DNA of 63,868 bases, the filler included, from Rhabdomonas costata (lineage: Eukaryota): assembly GCA_019059605.1 (NCBI GenBank). It is 55 parts of 55 records of this genome, joined end to end, with 100 filler letters (N's around TTAATTAATTAA, not from the genome) between each part and the next. Parts side by side here need not be neighbours in the genome. Positions count along the whole stretch, not along the records: positions 59,316 to 60,378 come from JAHMHO010030630.1; positions 60,479 to 61,541 come from JAHMHO010030631.1; positions 61,642 to 62,705 come from JAHMHO010030632.1; positions 62,806 to 63,868 come from JAHMHO010030633.1; 51 more parts are not named here. One strand, written 5' to 3'. A program made the translations under genes and the position numbers. The notes under the pieces are model-generated. The model did not search any database, was not told where the DNA came from, and saw nothing but the letters and a program-made list of their open reading frames with translations. Below, piece by piece: positions 59,903 to 63,868 of the stretch (positions are counted from its first letter, which is position 1; each line of letters begins with the position of its first letter).

Positions 59903-61901
59903 GTGCCTTGCCCTTCTCCCTAAAAAATGCAAGCACGCAAGTAATCTGAGGTTTCCTGCTGCATCCGTATTGGGCACATAACCGGCAGAGGAGAGGGTCT
60001 TGGGGGGACTGGCCTCCCCTAAGAGGGGTTGTGGCCCTAAATTGAGGGTGAATCAAAGCACCCTCAATGGATGAATACCAGGTCCGTAAAATGCACCGTA
60101 ACTTGGAGGGGATTCCCAAAGTGCACAAACGCCTTTCTTTGTGCGGTGGCATCTTTCCCCTTGTTCCCCCACGTCATCGTACCCATGTGGTTATTGCCTC
60201 TGGACTTTAAGCTGACGGGCACAGTAGCCAAACCTCGGTAGGCCATCGCATCACCCGCACAGCACAAACGCACGCACATATCGCACCCACCCACCCACGA
60301 TCACACACACCTCCCAAGCCCACACATGCACAAGAGCAGGCCGAGTTCTCCTCCACTATGGGATGCACACAAAACAACNNNNNNNNNNNNNNNNNNNNNN
60401 NNNNNNNNNNNNNNNNNNNNNNTTAATTAATTAANNNNNNNNNNNNNNNNNNNNNNNNNNNNNNNNNNNNNNNNNNNNTGTGTGGGTGCATATGTCGGTA
60501 CCGTAGCGGCTTCTTTTCTAGAAAACGAGCCGCTACGGTACCGACATATGCACTCACGGCAAGAGCTCTGTTGTACCGGAACAATCATCCCGTCCTCATG
60601 TTCTCACGAAATGCCACTAATACCGTAGGTGTGTATGCGAGTGCCGTCAAGATGCGGAGGATGCGGAGGAGATAGATGAATGGGGGTGTTGTATGGAAAG
60701 CAACGTTGATCGGCTGTGTACGACAATAAAGCTAAACGCCTGACATCTTCCAACTATGCCAATATGTGAGGACGGACAGAAACCAAGCCTGCGGTGTTCT
60801 GGCGCAGGTTGTTGGTGCAGGTTGACGAGTCCGCCTTTCGTCCTCCCCTCGTGTTTCGTTTTTGGGAAGACTAGAGCAATGCGTGTGCGCACTTGGCGTC
60901 CATTGGGGTTTCCAAGCCAATTCCAGGACTCAGCACTCTTATGCTGTGGGGTTGACTTACTGTGGGAATGGTCATGTGGACATCGACCACCCTCCCGGGG
61001 CCCGCGAAGTTCCTCCCATTCAGAGAGTGAGAATCTCACTATCACATAGGTTGTGTAGGAACTTCAGCAGGTTGGAGGTCTCGCCAGGGGATACAGGATG
61101 GTCCCCGTGCGCGCGGAGAAACGTGCAAAAAAAGGACAGGAAGGTGAAATGACATGGGGGGGATGCCCGTATAATAGGTTTTATAGCCATTATACTATAA
61201 TATCATTACACTAGAATGTTATTATACGGGCCGTATAATGGTAAGGTACGTTACACCGCAAACTCAGAACCGCACCCCACCACATGGCTGGGTTTAAACC
61301 CTATCTTTACAGAATTACGGTTATAGAATTCACAATTTGCTTCGAAAGATCAAAACAATCACGGACTCACCCGAAAAAAATAGCGCCTTCGGCGCAGTAG
61401 TCACCTCGAAGCATCCCATATCTCACTGCCTTTTTGTTCCACCGCCATGAAAACTTTCCGGGTTCATCACATAACATGTCCCCAGACACCGGCATTTCTA
61501 CAGGCAAAAAAGACGTCGAGTGGAAGACCGTCACACACCCCNNNNNNNNNNNNNNNNNNNNNNNNNNNNNNNNNNNNNNNNNNNNTTAATTAATTAANNN
61601 NNNNNNNNNNNNNNNNNNNNNNNNNNNNNNNNNNNNNNNNNGGGTTGGGGTTTCATCAGGTGCTTGGGTGTCGCCTTGCTGCCTTTCTTCCTCGCTGTTT
61701 TCCTCGCGCTGGTGTCATGGCCGTGGGCATACAACCGGAAAGGGCTGTACTGGGTTTGTTTCAGCCTCGAAGACATTTTTGCTGTGTCACCATTTTGTGA
61801 ACATTTCCCGGCTTGCCGAGTCCCAACGGTAGGTTCGATACTTAATTTCACATTCACCAACCGATTTTTATTGCTTTGGTATCACTCTTTCCCCACACAG
61901 A

Positions 61902-62241
61902 TACCAGGGCCGATTTCGGAGGCGGCGATGTACTCCGCCTGCTTTCGGGTCACCACGCTCATTATGGTGAGGTAACTCATCACCTCATTCTCCACCACAG
62001 TGCAGGCCAGGGTGCGGTAACTCTGGCTCACGCGGGCAAGAGCCACCTCCGCGTGGTTCCGGGTGAGCACAAAGGTCATCGACCCGACGGTCATAAGAGA
62101 GAAGACGGCAAGAGCGACGTGCAGGAAGCGGATCGGAACCCGCGGGCACCATGGAAAGCGAGGGGTCTGAGCAGGGGACCTGGACTGGATTGGGGTAGAG
62201 TACTTTCGAGCCGACTTGATGGAAGCAGGCGAGAGGGACAT
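61902..62241 (-). CDS. Probable first exon of a membrane-anchored, receptor-like protein
   Basis: ATG-start frame with a transmembrane helix (FLHVALAVFSLMTVGSMTFVL) followed by a long helix; GT donor. Confidence 0.45.
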
Positions 62242-63259
62242 TTTGCGGGAAAACGATGGACTCACGACGACTCGAATGATAAGCGGGGGATGAAAAAACG
62301 AAAGCACGGGGCACAGCGAAAAAGAAAACACGGAAAAAAGAACTGTGAAATACTTCCCGAAATCCGGGACAAAAGGTAATCTGGGGGCGCTTTTCCGCCC
62401 CAAAAAAACCTTCCAATTTCCTGTTCACCTTCCTCCTGTATTTTCATGCAGTTGTCCAACGCGCGTTAAAATGAGACGGGTGCAAAGGACGCGGAAAATG
62501 GCATCGCAAGGGCGATGAAGGCTTCCCATGCCTAAGGTCCAAGTTCTGGGGAACCATTTCGACAGCGCCGCACTGTATTCAATCTCCTTTGTTTCACTAC
62601 ATGCGGGTGCAGATTCCTTCCCTGTGATGTCTGGGCCAGGTGCAATTCCATTAGTTGGTTGGTGGTGGTGGGGTGATTCATTAATTCGCTAGTAGCGCCA
62701 AAAACNNNNNNNNNNNNNNNNNNNNNNNNNNNNNNNNNNNNNNNNNNNNTTAATTAATTAANNNNNNNNNNNNNNNNNNNNNNNNNNNNNNNNNNNNNNN
62801 NNNNNTGTGGTGGTGCAAAACCGAAATGTAGTGAGGAACCGCAGTTAAGGACCGCAGTTGGGGCACCACTTTTTCAGCTTCCTCTGGACTGTACAGCCAG
62901 ACCACCTCTTCTTGTGGCTGTTGGCTGCTTTTGGCCATTGACAGATCAGGCGAAGTCTGGTGCCGCAAAGCATGCTGATCAGCAGGGCGGCACGCTGTCC
63001 AACCTGAAGTCCGAGAACAACAAAACGCGTCAAAAGACTATGAAGGTCGTGAGAGTACTGCATGCCGCAAAAGTGACAGATAACAAAATGTAGGGTCGTA
63101 ATGCAAGCGATGTCATAAAGTAAAGCTGCAGTGAAGCACGCAGATATAAACTGCATGAAGCCACAACATAGATACACGGGGTCCCACATTCGGCACACAA
63201 AAAGACAGCGGTAAAGCTGCCGAAACCACCGCCTGAGATCAAATGCGTTCGACCTAGCT

Positions 63260-63868
63260 TTAAAATGCCGTTGGTAGATTGGTGCTCCCAATAGGAATTG
63301 TCGAGAGACTGCAAGCAAAAAGAGAACCTCGAGCAATTGGAGAAACGTCTCCCAAGCTTTGAACAACATCCATTTTGACAGGAAAGCCGAAATCTGTGGA
63401 CTGGAGAAGACCCTCGGGGAACTCCAAAAGAGGTTGCACAATCCTCGAGACCTCGTTTGCGTTCTCCTCGGGAGCTTCTATGATCAGTGTATCATTCATA
63501 TAAATGACGATCCGGGCACCCAACTTCCGCAGCTGGGTGTCTTTCCAAACACCCAGCATTCCCAGCATCACCACATCCACGACCCCACCCTGGGTGATGG
63601 CATCCAACACCTTTTGCTCCAAAGCAAACTTTAAAGCTGGTATAGATTGCAACCGCTGCGCTGAGATGTTCACAATGGAGGAAACAGGAAGGCGGCGCCC
63701 AAGCATCGTGCGCACCCAGCCGTTTACCCTTGCCTCCTCCAGAAGCCTGTTCCTCCAGGCTGCTGTTCCAGAATGCCCTGCGCTTCTCGAAATAGCAGAC
63801 AGCACATTGCGCTCAAAATGCACATAGCTGGCGACAACCAGTCTCTTTGATGCGGGAGCTACAAAAAC
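63260..63868 (-). CDS. Degenerate family-A DNA polymerase C-terminal domain (POP-like), predicted catalytically inactive
   Basis: Motif A-like FVAPASKRLVVASYVHFERNVLS; GWVRTMLGRR; DAITQGGVVDVVMLGM; motif C-like LRKLGARIVIYMNDTLIIEAPEENA; about 200 codons without a stop. Confidence 0.85.
   Translation of the reverse strand, partial: VFVAPASKRLVVASYVHFERNVLSAISRSAGHSGTAAWRNRLLEEARVNGWVRTMLGRRLPVSSIVNISAQRLQSIPALKFALEQKVLDAITQGGVVDVVMLGMLGVWKDTQLRKLGARIVIYMNDTLIIEAPEENANEVSRIVQPLLEFPEGLLQSTDFGFPVKMDVVQSLGDVSPIARGSLFACSLSTIPIGSTNLPTAF

Noticed and set aside
1065-62805. Regularly spaced TTAATTAATTAA repeat resembling a CRISPR-like or periodic array
   Set aside because: Always embedded in N-runs; it is a six-frame-stop concatenation linker.

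Overview
This window is not one locus. It is about 55 unrelated contigs of roughly 1.06 kb each, joined by artificial 100-bp spacers (N-run + TTAATTAATTAA + N-run), so no synteny can be read across spacers. Most contigs start with G/T-only bases, end with A/C-only bases and often carry terminal fold-backs, consistent with whole-genome amplification. The DNA comes from an intron-rich eukaryote with GC-rich exons, GT-AG and several GC-AG introns, and one apparently non-canonical junction. A protist, plausibly a euglenid, is my inference. Recognisable gene fragments: response-regulator receiver, PHO84/Pht1-type phosphate transporter, purple-acid-phosphatase-type metallophosphoesterase, permuted NlpC/P60 amidase, VWA8, divergent 14-3-3, ankyrin repeat protein, PPP phosphatase, VPS13-like, WWE, tandem fibronectin type II, acyl-CoA ligase, and two paralogues of a macrodomain-like family. 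Mobile elements: a decayed Ty3/gypsy integrase, CRE-like non-LTR fragments, and a Tc1/mariner-superfamily transposase with its left end. The most striking items are (1) a very AT-rich, intronless, gene-dense contig (54664-55726) with TAAATG starts and a perfect 15-bp hairpin between convergent genes, resembling a eukaryotic DNA virus, virophage or Polinton-like element, and (2) an open family-A DNA polymerase frame (63260-63868) lacking the motif A Asp and the whole fingers subdomain. All calls are by-eye motif recognition; no searches were run.
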